A stretch of 32,000 nt of DNA, from the NCBI RefSeq assembly GCF_038051925.1, contig NZ_CP150634.1, positions 2,518,300 through 2,550,299 of the forward strand. The letters run 5' to 3'. The notes under the pieces are model-generated. The model saw only the letters and a list, made by a program, of their open reading frames with translations, had not been told where the DNA came from and searched no databases. Position numbers and translations under genes: made by a program. Origin of the DNA: Methylotuvimicrobium sp. KM2 (GTDB taxonomy: Bacteria; Pseudomonadota; Gammaproteobacteria; Methylococcales; Methylomonadaceae). This document shows, in pieces, positions 8,685 to 18,398 of this stretch. Position 1 is the stretch's first letter. Each line of letters starts with the position of its first letter.

Positions 8685-10184
8685 TCAACCGCCTTTTTGT
8701 GAAGGCAATTTGGAAGTGAGTCGTAAGGAAACAGTCAAGCCTTCCAACTGATAATGCGGTCTCAAATAAAATTTAGACGCATAGTACCCAGGATTACCTT
8801 CGACTTCTTCAACGACCACCTCTGCGGCAGACAAAGGACGAATGGCTTTATCCTCTTCCGTCGCCAATGCCGGATTGGTCAAAACGTAATTACTGATCCA
8901 GCTATTGAGCCATCTTTCCATATCGGCACGCTCTTTGAACGACCCGATTTTATCCCTAACGATACATTTCAAATAATGCGCGAATCGGCAAGTTGCGAAC
9001 AAATACGGCAATCTGGCAGCCAGGTTAGCATTTGCCGTTGCATCGGGATCGTCATATTCGGCCGGTTTATGCAGCGACTGCGCACCGATAAATGCGGCGA
9101 AATCCGAATTCTTCTTGTGAATCAATGGCATGAATCCTGATTTAGCCAATTCCGCTTCGCGGCGGTCGCTAATCGCGATCTCGGTCGGACACTTCATATC
9201 GACGCCGCCGTCATCGGTTGGGAAGGTATGGACAGGCAAACCTTCTACCGCACCGCCGGACTCTATGCCGCGAATTCTTGAGCACCAGCCATACAGTTTA
9301 AATGAGCGGTTAATGTTGGTCGCCATCGCATAGGCAGCGTTAGACCAAGTATAATTGGCGCTGTTGGCCGCTTCGGTATTTTCTTCGAAATCGAATTCCT
9401 CAACCGGATCGGTTTTTGCTCCATAAGGTAGACGGGACAAAAATCTCGGCATCGCCATTCCCAAATATTTGGAATCGTCGGAATCTCGTAACGATCGCCA
9501 AGCCGCATACTCGGGGGTGGAAAAGATTTTGGTCAAATCTCTAGGGTTAGCTAATTCACCCCATGAGTCCATTTGCAATGTAGTCGGCGACAAACCGGTA
9601 ATAAACGGCGCATGCGATGCGGCGGAAATTTTCGCAATTTGATTCAATAATTCGACGTCGGGTGGTGAATGATCGAAATAATAGTCTCCCATTAAACAGC
9701 CGAAGGGTTCGCCGCCGAACTGACCATATTCTTCTTCATACAATTTTTTGAACATGGGACTCTGATCCCAAGCAGTCCCTTTGAACTTCTTGAGAGTCTT
9801 ACCCAGCTCATTCTTTGAGATGTTCATCACCCGAATTTTAAGCATCTCGTCGGTTTCGGTATTATTGACCAGATAATGCAGTCCTCGCCAAGTGCCTTCT
9901 AGTTTTTTAAAGTCTTCATGATGAAGTATTTTGTTGATTTGTTCGGTCAATTTACTGTCGATTTGCGCGATGATAGACTCAATCGAAGCTATCGCGTCAT
10001 CGGATACCAACGAAGTATCCTTTAAAACAAATTCGGCAAGCGTTTGAACCGCGCTTTCAACTTCTTCTTTCGCTCGGTCGGATTTCGGTTTAAATTCCTT
10101 GGTCAATAATGCCGAAAAATCACTGACTTCGGCAACCTCTCCAGTCGTGACTTCTGCTTCTGTTGCTTGTTCTGCTTCAGCCAT
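8685..10184 (-). CDS. tssC: T6SS contractile sheath large subunit TssC (VipB)
   Basis: 499 aa, typical TssC length and sequence (LEGTWRGLHYLV, GGEPFG, AKISAASHAPFI, PRFLSRLPYG). Strong SD (AGGAGGAG) before the ATG. Starts 4 nt after the tssB stop. Confidence 0.95.
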   Translation of the reverse strand: MAEAEQATEAEVTTGEVAEVSDFSALLTKEFKPKSDRAKEEVESAVQTLAEFVLKDTSLVSDDAIASIESIIAQIDSKLTEQINKILHHEDFKKLEGTWRGLHYLVNNTETDEMLKIRVMNISKNELGKTLKKFKGTAWDQSPMFKKLYEEEYGQFGGEPFGCLMGDYYFDHSPPDVELLNQIAKISAASHAPFITGLSPTTLQMDSWGELANPRDLTKIFSTPEYAAWRSLRDSDDSKYLGMAMPRFLSRLPYGAKTDPVEEFDFEENTEAANSANYTWSNAAYAMATNINRSFKLYGWCSRIRGIESGGAVEGLPVHTFPTDDGGVDMKCPTEIAISDRREAELAKSGFMPLIHKKNSDFAAFIGAQSLHKPAEYDDPDATANANLAARLPYLFATCRFAHYLKCIVRDKIGSFKERADMERWLNSWISNYVLTNPALATEEDKAIRPLSAAEVVVEEVEGNPGYYASKFYLRPHYQLEGLTVSLRLTSKLPSQKGG

Positions 10185-10187
10185 GGT

Positions 10188-10718
10188 TTACTCTCCTCCT
10201 TCCTCGGTTTTTGCTTCGGCTGTATCGGTCGGCTTAGGCGCTGCAGTCAGCGACTGCAATAAAGCCGGATCATTGATAACCTTCGCTATCAATTCTTCGG
10301 CACCGCCTTTTCCGTCCATGTATGTGACCAAATTGGCCAATTGCGTTCTCGCTTCCAGCAATTTATTCAGTCCGTCTACTTTTCTTGCCACGGCCGCCGG
10401 CGAAAAGTCATCCATGTTTTCGAAAGTAAGATCGACATTCAAATTGCCTTCACCCGTCAAGGTGTTGGGCACCGTAAATGCGACCCGAGGTTTCATTGCC
10501 TTCAATCGATCATTGAAGTTGTCCACATCGATTTCGAGCATTTTTCGGTCCGCGACAGGCGCCAATGGATCGGCGGGTTTTCCCGATAGATCAGCGAGTA
10601 CCCCCATCACGAAAGGCAGTTGAACTTTTTTCTCCGCACCATAGAGTTCGACATCGTATTCGATCTGTACCCTCGGCGCACGATTACGCGCGATAAACTT
10701 TTGACTGCTTTCAGCCAT
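10188..10718 (-). CDS. tssB: T6SS contractile sheath small subunit TssB (VipA)
   Basis: 176 aa. RVQIEYDVELYGAEKKVQLPFVMGVLADLSG is the conserved TssB core. SD GGAGGTG upstream. Confidence 0.95.
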   Translation of the reverse strand: MAESSQKFIARNRAPRVQIEYDVELYGAEKKVQLPFVMGVLADLSGKPADPLAPVADRKMLEIDVDNFNDRLKAMKPRVAFTVPNTLTGEGNLNVDLTFENMDDFSPAAVARKVDGLNKLLEARTQLANLVTYMDGKGGAEELIAKVINDPALLQSLTAAPKPTDTAEAKTEEGGE

Positions 10719-10765
10719 TTAACACCTCCTCGATAGAAAATTGTAACGGAAATTCCGAGCCTAAT

Positions 10766-11818
10766 TTATTCATCTTCATTCTTAGCCCCCATGATGATAC
10801 TGGCTTGGCTGACGCCGTCCGGCGCAATATCCATGAGAGCATCCATGAAACTTTTTCCGACTAGCCGCTGCGCTCGCTCAAGAAGCAAAGGCACAGGACT
10901 CGATGGTTCGTTTTTTTTGTAATAGTCGCAAATTAACTTGAGCGCATTTATGACGTCTTGACTATTGTTTATCGCACCTGAGATCGATTTTTTCGTGGCT
11001 TGCGGTTTGCCTGTTATCTCGTCCAGGCTTTCTAGATCGACTTGTGGTGCATCGATGTCATCGACCCCGCGAGACTCCAGCCAGCTCGATACCAAATGCT
11101 CGAATTCCTTCAACAAGTGCCTAAGCGCCTCGAAGTTAGGAGCATTGTTGATGCCTACTTGCTGAGTAACGAAGTTTTCCAAACTATTCAGGCTTTCGGC
11201 ACTTCCCGCGATCGATGCCAAATTACTTTGTAATGCAGCAACATCACTATCCTGGACAGCGGCTTCGATAGTCCCTAATTTCGGGGCATTATCATCTTCG
11301 GAAACCGTCATTTTCTCGGTGGCAATCATGACATCGCGAAAACAAAAACGGCCTAATGCTTTCGACTCGACTAAAGCGACAAGCTGCAAAGGACGCAACA
11401 TCGTTTCATGGTCGCATAAAGCCATCAAAATATTGACGCGTTCAGTAGGGTCGTTGTCGTCATCGGGGTCGAGCTTAGGATACAAAGCGTCCCAGTGTTT
11501 TGCGACCAATGTGTCGATTAACTTTAATCCTTCGGTAAGACCGGTAAGTCCTTCTAGTGCAATCAAGGAGCGCAAGTAATAAACCAGAACTCTTAAATCG
11601 CGAGTCCGGTCCAGAAGGGCTTCAGCGGATTTTTTAATTTCCCTCCAGTCCGGCGGTTCCGCTTCTTGAATGGTGTCGCCGATTTGCTGTTCCGGCTTGC
11701 CGATTATGTCCTGCTCCAACGCGATAAAAGCGGGATCATATTCCAGATCGTCGCCGCAAACATTATCAGGATCGATGTCCTGTAAATATTTTTCGATATC
11801 GATACTCAATGCACTCAC
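10766..11818 (-). CDS. tssA: T6SS protein TssA (ImpA N-terminal domain, short ~350 aa class)
   Basis: ImpA_N-like N-terminus: DPDNVCGDDLEYDPAFIALEQ ... WREIKKSAEALLDRTRDLRVLVYYLRSL. The start is ambiguous. The track start is GTG at 11818-11816, directly abutting AAGGAG. The TTG at 11809-11807 has better SD spacing. Confidence 0.85.
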   Translation of the reverse strand: MSALSIDIEKYLQDIDPDNVCGDDLEYDPAFIALEQDIIGKPEQQIGDTIQEAEPPDWREIKKSAEALLDRTRDLRVLVYYLRSLIALEGLTGLTEGLKLIDTLVAKHWDALYPKLDPDDDNDPTERVNILMALCDHETMLRPLQLVALVESKALGRFCFRDVMIATEKMTVSEDDNAPKLGTIEAAVQDSDVAALQSNLASIAGSAESLNSLENFVTQQVGINNAPNFEALRHLLKEFEHLVSSWLESRGVDDIDAPQVDLESLDEITGKPQATKKSISGAINNSQDVINALKLICDYYKKNEPSSPVPLLLERAQRLVGKSFMDALMDIAPDGVSQASIIMGAKNEDE

Positions 11819-11845
11819 TCCTTAAACGACAATTGTCTTCAAATC

Positions 11846-13444
11846 TTATTTTTCAACAGAATTGCCGTTGGTACTGACGACAATTACACTGACATTGTCT
11901 CTAGCGCCTCTATCAAGAGCGAGGTCGAGCAATGCCTTAGCACTCGTCTTCAAACTTTGATTAAGTAGTATAGACTCAATTTCATTAAAGCTTAGCTCTT
12001 TATCCAAACCGTCGCTACTTAACAAAAACAAATCCCCGAGACGCACGTCGGAGTAGCCGCAATCCAGCTCCAATTCGTCATCGGCTCCGACGGCGCGAGT
12101 GATAACATTCGACTGTTTGACCGCCCAACCTGCCGAAGAAACGGATTGTTCCGGGGCAATTTCATTTTCAGCGCAATGATCACGGGTCAGTTGCTTCAAT
12201 TTATTATCCCTTAGCCGATATAAGCGACTGTCTCCCGCCCATAAAAAAGCGCAACGATTTGAATTACCGATCAAGACCAGGACGGTACTGCCAACAATCG
12301 AATCGTTATAGCTGTTACTGGAAAGCTCCCGTAATTCCTTGTTGACATTAACGATACAGGCATAAACATCTTTGCAATATGCTTCTAAATCAGAACGCGG
12401 CAATATTTTATGCAATCTATCGACAATTAGTTGGCTAGCCACATCTCCCGCCTGATGTCCGCCCATTCCGTCGGCAACCGCCCAAAGACCTGCTTCAGGC
12501 CTGTCGAGTATCGAATCTTCATTGAATTTACGGCGTTTGCCGGTATCGGTGAGAGCCCAAGATTGCCAGTGCACTTCACGCTGAACCGGCAAGGTTTCAG
12601 TCGTCATATAGAGCGGTACGGTGTCGTGCTCATTTTCAATATTCTGAGTCTTCGCGACGAAAATCTCAGGCGTACTAGCCGGTTGCCGTAATTTATCGAG
12701 GTTTTCCGGAACCGTACCTTTTTCAATATCCCATCCTCTTTCCGTAATAAGTCCATTTAAAAATCCGGAGAAGGCAGCGATCGGCGGTAAACCTTCGCAA
12801 GCCAACAATGCCGGAGTTTGATCCTCGGAGCCGCCGGTAGACCAAAGCGTAAAGCCGGGAACAAACCGGTTCATTAACGATGCACTCAATCCGACAAAGG
12901 CATCGGCAATCGATTCAGGACGCGCCATCGACAGATAAAATGCATTTTTTCCGGCATTTTTGCGCATATCCCGAACGTTGATTGAAACCTCGGAAGCCGA
13001 TAACGGCGCGGCGGGAATATTTTTGATCAATCGATCGAATACTTCAGGATCGAGCCCGTCTTCCAGACCGCTCAATGCGGTTTCTTCGAGATGCTCAAAC
13101 CACTGTTCGGCCGAAGACATCAAATAAGCCAAGCAATTACCGCTGTCGATGCTCGCCGCAACCGTCAACGGAAAATAACGTCCGACCTTATCGACGCTGG
13201 GCATTAATATTCCGGCCCATGCGGAATTTCCGCAAACTCCGGGGCTCAACGCAAAACGCCAAATCGGACTACTTAAATAACTATTTAGCCAAGCATCCCC
13301 CAACTCTTCCTTGCTGGCGGCAATCGAGCTTTGCAGCCAACTATCCCAGGGACTCAGAAAGTCACGCGGCAAACGTCGGGTAACAAAGTCGCCCAATATC
13401 GGCAGTTTGCCGTAAAACCCGGGTTCCGAATGAGGCAAAGTCAT
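11846..13444 (-). CDS. TagF (DUF2094) :: PppA (PP2C Ser/Thr phosphatase) fusion protein
   Basis: 532 aa. N-terminal GFYGKLPILGDFVTRRLP...W is the TagF signature. The C-terminal ~250 aa carry PP2C motifs NEDS, ADGMGGH, GSTVLVL, WAGDSRLY, LSSDGL, GARDNVSVIVV. The ATG overlaps the tssM stop by 1 nt (TAATG). Confidence 0.85.
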   Translation of the reverse strand: MTLPHSEPGFYGKLPILGDFVTRRLPRDFLSPWDSWLQSSIAASKEELGDAWLNSYLSSPIWRFALSPGVCGNSAWAGILMPSVDKVGRYFPLTVAASIDSGNCLAYLMSSAEQWFEHLEETALSGLEDGLDPEVFDRLIKNIPAAPLSASEVSINVRDMRKNAGKNAFYLSMARPESIADAFVGLSASLMNRFVPGFTLWSTGGSEDQTPALLACEGLPPIAAFSGFLNGLITERGWDIEKGTVPENLDKLRQPASTPEIFVAKTQNIENEHDTVPLYMTTETLPVQREVHWQSWALTDTGKRRKFNEDSILDRPEAGLWAVADGMGGHQAGDVASQLIVDRLHKILPRSDLEAYCKDVYACIVNVNKELRELSSNSYNDSIVGSTVLVLIGNSNRCAFLWAGDSRLYRLRDNKLKQLTRDHCAENEIAPEQSVSSAGWAVKQSNVITRAVGADDELELDCGYSDVRLGDLFLLSSDGLDKELSFNEIESILLNQSLKTSAKALLDLALDRGARDNVSVIVVSTNGNSVEK

Positions 13445-16400
13445 TACAAGCTCGTTGGAAATTGAAAATTTTGCAGTTCTTTGAGCGCAAAAGGATTATC
13501 GACGCTGGTCGCGCTCAATTCATAACGCGCTTCCAAGTTGTCGATTGCAAATGTCAGCATGAACCTGTCTTGCGAGGTAATTTGAATTCGAGCTTTATCA
13601 AGCAATCTAAACCATGCCCAAGCGCCTTCCTCGGAACGGCTGACTTGCCGACCGTCTAAGGTATCGAAACCGTAACGCACAGAACCGCTTCCGTCCGTTC
13701 CAGGCCACTGCATTTGTGTACTTCGCGCCGGACCGTGCCGGTAATCCAATTGCTGACCTTCCAAATTCAGCCAAAACCGTGAAGCTTTGGCATCAAGCGA
13801 TACCGGTCTAAGATTGAATCGAACCGAGGGTAATTGACTACCGCCTTGAAAAAATACTTCACGGATTTTTGCCGCATACTGAAACTGCATCAGCACCGAT
13901 CGCGAAATACCGATCGATTGATTATTTTGAGTGATCAATCGCCAGGTTCGGCCGCTAGTATCGACAAAGGGCTTGAGATTGGCATTGAAAAACTGATCCA
14001 AAATCCCGTTCGGTGCAAAAAAGCGGCTAAAATCCTGCAACGTAATATCGCGACTGGCGCGCCTGGACAATGGATAACGTCCTTCGAGCCCCGATTTATA
14101 AAGCGGCATCACCTCGCTCTGCCAAAGCTTATTGAGCTGCGCCTTGCTCGACCCCATGATCAGATTCAAATTGCCGCTGGAAAGCTTCTCGGTCATGCTT
14201 TTCAAGGGCTCGGGCAAACGCGCCGATTCCATTTTCATGCGCGACATGACATCGCCTCCGCCGCCCCCTTCGCTGCGCTGTGCGGCGATCCTTATCGCCG
14301 CCCCGCCGCTATCTGAAGTACTGCCCAAATCGATCATGAAGCCGTACAACTGACCGAGCAAATTGATGGTCTGGTCGAATGGCGCACCGGCGCCGCCGAC
14401 GCTCCTGACTAATGAGGCTAGCGGTTGAAAATGGCGCTCGACGACGGTGCCCGGCGGATCGGTTGGCGCTTGCACGACACCTTCGGCTTGTGCTGCTTGC
14501 AACAGTTTTTGCGTTCGCGAATCGACCGTCTTTTCCGCGCCTTCCTTGACTGCCGCCAAAGCATCCAAAGGACTCGGCGGTTTACGTGTCAAGGAAGTTT
14601 CCTTGTCGATGGTCTCCAATAAAAGCCGAATCGGCGAGTTGGGTGCCGAGGCGAATTCGAGTAATTCGATCGACTGCTGAATATTGCCGACGCTTCGGAT
14701 TTTTAGATTGCCCAGCATATTACTCCAATACTGGATGAAATCCTTGTCGTAATAGGTCTGAACGTCTTGCTGCAAGCGTTCGGGATCGGGCGCGCGGGCT
14801 CTACCGACATCGCCCAACACCCAATTATCCTCGACCGTCTCTTTCGCCAAAGCTTGGTTTTGTTTTAGAAACACTTGATAAAAACCGTCGTGCGTGAACA
14901 AATAAGGGATGGTTTGCTGTTCGAATTTTCCGGACGCGACCGTAAAAACCCGAGACGCATTCGGCCCTAGCGCATCCGACAAACGGAGATCGCGGCTGCC
15001 ATCCTGCATCGCCTCGCTCTTGATGCGCATATAGACTTGCTGCGCAACAGGAATGCGGTTTAACACTTGCCGCGTTGCGGCGACTAAACGTTGGTCGAGC
15101 GGCTGGGGCTCTATTTTTAGCTCGAGCAAATTATCGAGATGACCGAGCAAGCCGACTTGAACATCGTCGGCATAATTTTTTTTCCAATCGATAGCAACCC
15201 AAGCCCGCACCAAGCCGGGCTCGAGCCGTTTGGGCTCGCCGAACATCAAATAGACTTTTAAGAGTTCATAGAGAATTTCGGGGTTATTCGCCTCTTCGCC
15301 TCGGATACGTTGTTCTAGCCTTGTCTTGATCAATGGTAAAAATTGCTTCAATAAAACTTGATCATAGGTATCGTTAATGACCGGTTGCACTTTGTTGCCT
15401 TGAAACAAGCCGAAACGCATCGACAAGGGCTTTTCGTCGCCATAAACTCGTTGAATGTCTTGTATCGCATTCATGCGTTTCAATAAGTCGGAAAAGTCCG
15501 ATCGATTCGGATAATTCGCCGCGGTTTGTTCGTATTGTTCAATCTTTTGACTCAGCTCGTTCAATGCCGACTGATTTCGGGTGAAACTAAAAGTCCATAA
15601 GGCCGTCATTAATAATGTCACAGCCAGTGCCGAACCGTATGCAACCTGACGCAGCAATGCATAACGACGCTCTACGCGTTTGTTCAAACCGACGATCAGG
15701 GCTTCGTCGAAAATGACCTCCTTCAGCAAACGGGTAATGAAAAAACTCTTTCCCTTGCCGCTGAACATCGGCACCGAAAAACGATCGAGCTTGAAAGTGC
15801 TCGCCAAAATTCCCATCAGACGGTCGATCGGCGTGCCTTCTTGCGTTCCGCTGGTAAAATAAACGCCTCTGAGATAAGGGGCTTGTTGATATCGGTTCGC
15901 GCCGTAACACTCTTTGAGAAATTCCAACAAACTCTCTTTCAGCAAGGCCATGCGTTGAGGAAAGCCGAAAATCGAATGACGGCGCTGCAAGTCGCGCTCT
16001 TCTTGAAGTCTTTTCGGCAAACGCGCATTCAAACGATCCAACAGTCCATCAAAGTCATCGCCGACCCGACCAACAGCATCGACAGGGTGATCTTGATCTT
16101 CTTCAGGAAAAGTAACACCCCAAACTTGGGCTCTTTCTTCTTTGCCTAGATCGGCAAAGAAGTCGTTGAAACCTGCAACCAGATCGCATTTGGTAAACAG
16201 CATATAGATCGGAAAGCGAATGCCGAAATGTTCGTGCAGTTCCTGAATACGCTGCCGAATTGCTTGTGCATGCTGAATTCGCTCTTCCTCGGTCTGCTTG
16301 ATTAAATCGGACAGGCTCATCGTGATCAGCACGCCGTTGACCGGCCTGCGCGGGCGATGTTTTTTCAGCAAATTCAAAAAACCGAGCCATGCCGCCTTAT

Positions 16401-17013
16401 CGACCGCCTCATGGCTGTCTTGTGTCGTATAGCGCCCTGCGGTATCCAACAGCACCGCTTGATCGGTAAACCACCAATCGCAATTGCGGGTCCCGCCGAC
16501 GCCTTTGACCGCGTTTTTGCCGAATTTGTCGGCCAGCGGAAATTCCAGTCCCGAATTGATCAATGCGGTGGTTTTTCCGGAACCCGGCGGCCCGATGATG
16601 ATATACCAGGGTAATTCATAGAGATACTGACGACCTTGGCCCGACTGGGTTTTGATTTGTTTTAGCGTGCGTAGCGCATCGTCGAAATGCTTGCCGAGTT
16701 CGCCGATTTCCTCTTCGCTGTCTTGCTCGACTTGACTAGGCCCGGTCTTTCCTTGCGCTCCATCGCCCCCGACCAGTTCATTGACCATTTGCGTATTGGC
16801 GCGATTAGCTTTGACCTGAATACGAAGATTATTCAATCCCCAGAGCAAGACGATCACTAAAATCGTAATAAGCCTGTAAACTTCGGATTCAAGAGGGGCA
16901 CGGCCTGCTATCGCGATGAGCGGCCCGAAAAACCAAATCAACAAGCAAACGGCAATAATGCCGATCAGTTGAATGACCCATTTATTTTTGAAGAAACCGA
17001 TGATTTTTTTCAC
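13444..17013 (-). CDS. tssM: T6SS membrane complex subunit TssM (IcmF)
   Basis: 1189 aa. N-terminal TM helices, Walker A GPPGSGKTT, long periplasmic C-terminal region. Overlaps the tssL stop by 4 nt. Confidence 0.95.
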   Translation of the reverse strand: MKKIIGFFKNKWVIQLIGIIAVCLLIWFFGPLIAIAGRAPLESEVYRLITILVIVLLWGLNNLRIQVKANRANTQMVNELVGGDGAQGKTGPSQVEQDSEEEIGELGKHFDDALRTLKQIKTQSGQGRQYLYELPWYIIIGPPGSGKTTALINSGLEFPLADKFGKNAVKGVGGTRNCDWWFTDQAVLLDTAGRYTTQDSHEAVDKAAWLGFLNLLKKHRPRRPVNGVLITMSLSDLIKQTEEERIQHAQAIRQRIQELHEHFGIRFPIYMLFTKCDLVAGFNDFFADLGKEERAQVWGVTFPEEDQDHPVDAVGRVGDDFDGLLDRLNARLPKRLQEERDLQRRHSIFGFPQRMALLKESLLEFLKECYGANRYQQAPYLRGVYFTSGTQEGTPIDRLMGILASTFKLDRFSVPMFSGKGKSFFITRLLKEVIFDEALIVGLNKRVERRYALLRQVAYGSALAVTLLMTALWTFSFTRNQSALNELSQKIEQYEQTAANYPNRSDFSDLLKRMNAIQDIQRVYGDEKPLSMRFGLFQGNKVQPVINDTYDQVLLKQFLPLIKTRLEQRIRGEEANNPEILYELLKVYLMFGEPKRLEPGLVRAWVAIDWKKNYADDVQVGLLGHLDNLLELKIEPQPLDQRLVAATRQVLNRIPVAQQVYMRIKSEAMQDGSRDLRLSDALGPNASRVFTVASGKFEQQTIPYLFTHDGFYQVFLKQNQALAKETVEDNWVLGDVGRARAPDPERLQQDVQTYYDKDFIQYWSNMLGNLKIRSVGNIQQSIELLEFASAPNSPIRLLLETIDKETSLTRKPPSPLDALAAVKEGAEKTVDSRTQKLLQAAQAEGVVQAPTDPPGTVVERHFQPLASLVRSVGGAGAPFDQTINLLGQLYGFMIDLGSTSDSGGAAIRIAAQRSEGGGGGDVMSRMKMESARLPEPLKSMTEKLSSGNLNLIMGSSKAQLNKLWQSEVMPLYKSGLEGRYPLSRRASRDITLQDFSRFFAPNGILDQFFNANLKPFVDTSGRTWRLITQNNQSIGISRSVLMQFQYAAKIREVFFQGGSQLPSVRFNLRPVSLDAKASRFWLNLEGQQLDYRHGPARSTQMQWPGTDGSGSVRYGFDTLDGRQVSRSEEGAWAWFRLLDKARIQITSQDRFMLTFAIDNLEARYELSATSVDNPFALKELQNFQFPTSL

Positions 17014-18398
17014 GTTTGTCCTTTTAATCCTGAAAAAATGATTTCGACACGACGGTTCATCGCTTTATGTTCGGCGCTATCATTCGGCACCAGCGGTTGC
17101 GTTTCCGCACGCCCTTCGGATGTAATGGTCGCAGCGATTCCCGGCTTACTTTTGAGCATATCGGCAACCGACTGCGCTCGGGCTCTCGATAAATCCCAAT
17201 TGGATGGAAATCTCGCCGAAAAAATCGGATCGCTGTCGGTATGACCGACAACTAGAATACTGCCGGTGACTTTGGTAAGCGCTTCGCCGATTCTATTCAT
17301 TAACGGGTAATATTTGGCGGTTATCGAGTCCCTTCCGGAAGCAAAGAACCCCTTGCCCATGATGCGTAACACGATTTTGTCGTTCTTGCGATCCAACACG
17401 ACTTCGCCGCGCGCAATTTCCGGCGCAAGAAAACCGCTGATATCGTCATACAATGAATAAGCGGGAGGCGCATCGGGCGGTTTAGGCGTTTCGGGTAACG
17501 GTTCGGCGACTGCGACTTGTAGCGGCTCAAGGCCGTCCTTGATCGCATAAAGTTTTGCCAGCAATGGATTGGACGCGGCATTAATTAAATAGAGATAGCC
17601 GAGATAGGCCAGCATTAGAACCATACCGACCACCGCGCCGATGACCCATAGCGGAACCAAGCGGGTCAACACATTCCGTCTGTCTTTGATGCCCTGCCAT
17701 TGTATCGACAGTTCCTTTTCAATATCGCCGCGCTGCCGCTGTATGATTTGATACAGATTTTCCCGAACCTCTTCGAGCCGGGTCATGCCGTGTTCCTGAA
17801 TGCGGTATTTTCCTTCGAAGCCGAGGCAAAGACAAAAATACAACAATTCCAGCAAATGCAGATGCGTGCCGGGCTGTTGCATGATATTTTTCAAAATTTG
17901 GAAAAACTTTTCTCCGCCCCAGGCTTCTTTATGAAAAGTGATCAACAGGCTATGTGTGCTCCACAAGCTGTTGCAACCCCAAGGCGTATTTAACACGGTC
18001 TCGTCGAGTAAGGTACAAAGACAATAACGCGCGGCCTGCACTTGATCGGGCGGGATGCCATGTCCCAGCGCTTTTGCTTCGAAGCGCTTGACTTCGTTGA
18101 TCACATTATCTCTCAGACCGGCAATGTCCGGATGCGATGCGGTATTGCGTAATTGCGCGACTAAAGATAACAAAGACAACGCACTAGCAGTCAACGGGTT
18201 ATCTTTCGAATAGACTATTCGTTCGTGTAGGCCTTCAGGAGGCATTGGCGCATTATCGGGCGCATGCGCCGGCATCGGCTCCTGCGGTTTGGGCTTTCTT
18301 CCGCCCGGCGTAGGCCTGAGGATGGTTTTATCGTCATCGATGTAATTACCGAATGGGTCGTCTTGATTCACTGTCGTTAACCGTTTTTGATTGCCCAA
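17010..18398 (-). CDS. tssL: T6SS membrane subunit TssL (DotU) with C-terminal OmpA/MotB-like peptidoglycan-binding domain
   Basis: 462 aa. DotU-type cytoplasmic domain, one TM helix (LVPLWVIGAVVGMVLMLAYLGYLYL), and a C-terminal OmpA-like domain (LVVGHTDSDPI...NWDLSRARAQSVADML...GRAETQPLVPNDSAEHKAMNRRVEIIF). Confidence 0.9.
   Translation of the reverse strand: MGNQKRLTTVNQDDPFGNYIDDDKTILRPTPGGRKPKPQEPMPAHAPDNAPMPPEGLHERIVYSKDNPLTASALSLLSLVAQLRNTASHPDIAGLRDNVINEVKRFEAKALGHGIPPDQVQAARYCLCTLLDETVLNTPWGCNSLWSTHSLLITFHKEAWGGEKFFQILKNIMQQPGTHLHLLELLYFCLCLGFEGKYRIQEHGMTRLEEVRENLYQIIQRQRGDIEKELSIQWQGIKDRRNVLTRLVPLWVIGAVVGMVLMLAYLGYLYLINAASNPLLAKLYAIKDGLEPLQVAVAEPLPETPKPPDAPPAYSLYDDISGFLAPEIARGEVVLDRKNDKIVLRIMGKGFFASGRDSITAKYYPLMNRIGEALTKVTGSILVVGHTDSDPIFSARFPSNWDLSRARAQSVADMLKSKPGIAATITSEGRAETQPLVPNDSAEHKAMNRRVEIIFSGLKGQT

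Noticed and set aside
10099-10623. Long antisense ORFs opposite well-supported genes (e.g. 10099-10623, 13834-14316, 30623-31180, 31551-31922, 2054-2644 on the plus strand).
   Set aside because: They are shadow ORFs on the strand opposite confidently identified T6SS or motility genes. They have low-complexity Ser/Ala/Arg-rich translations and no recognisable motifs or ribosome-binding sites.
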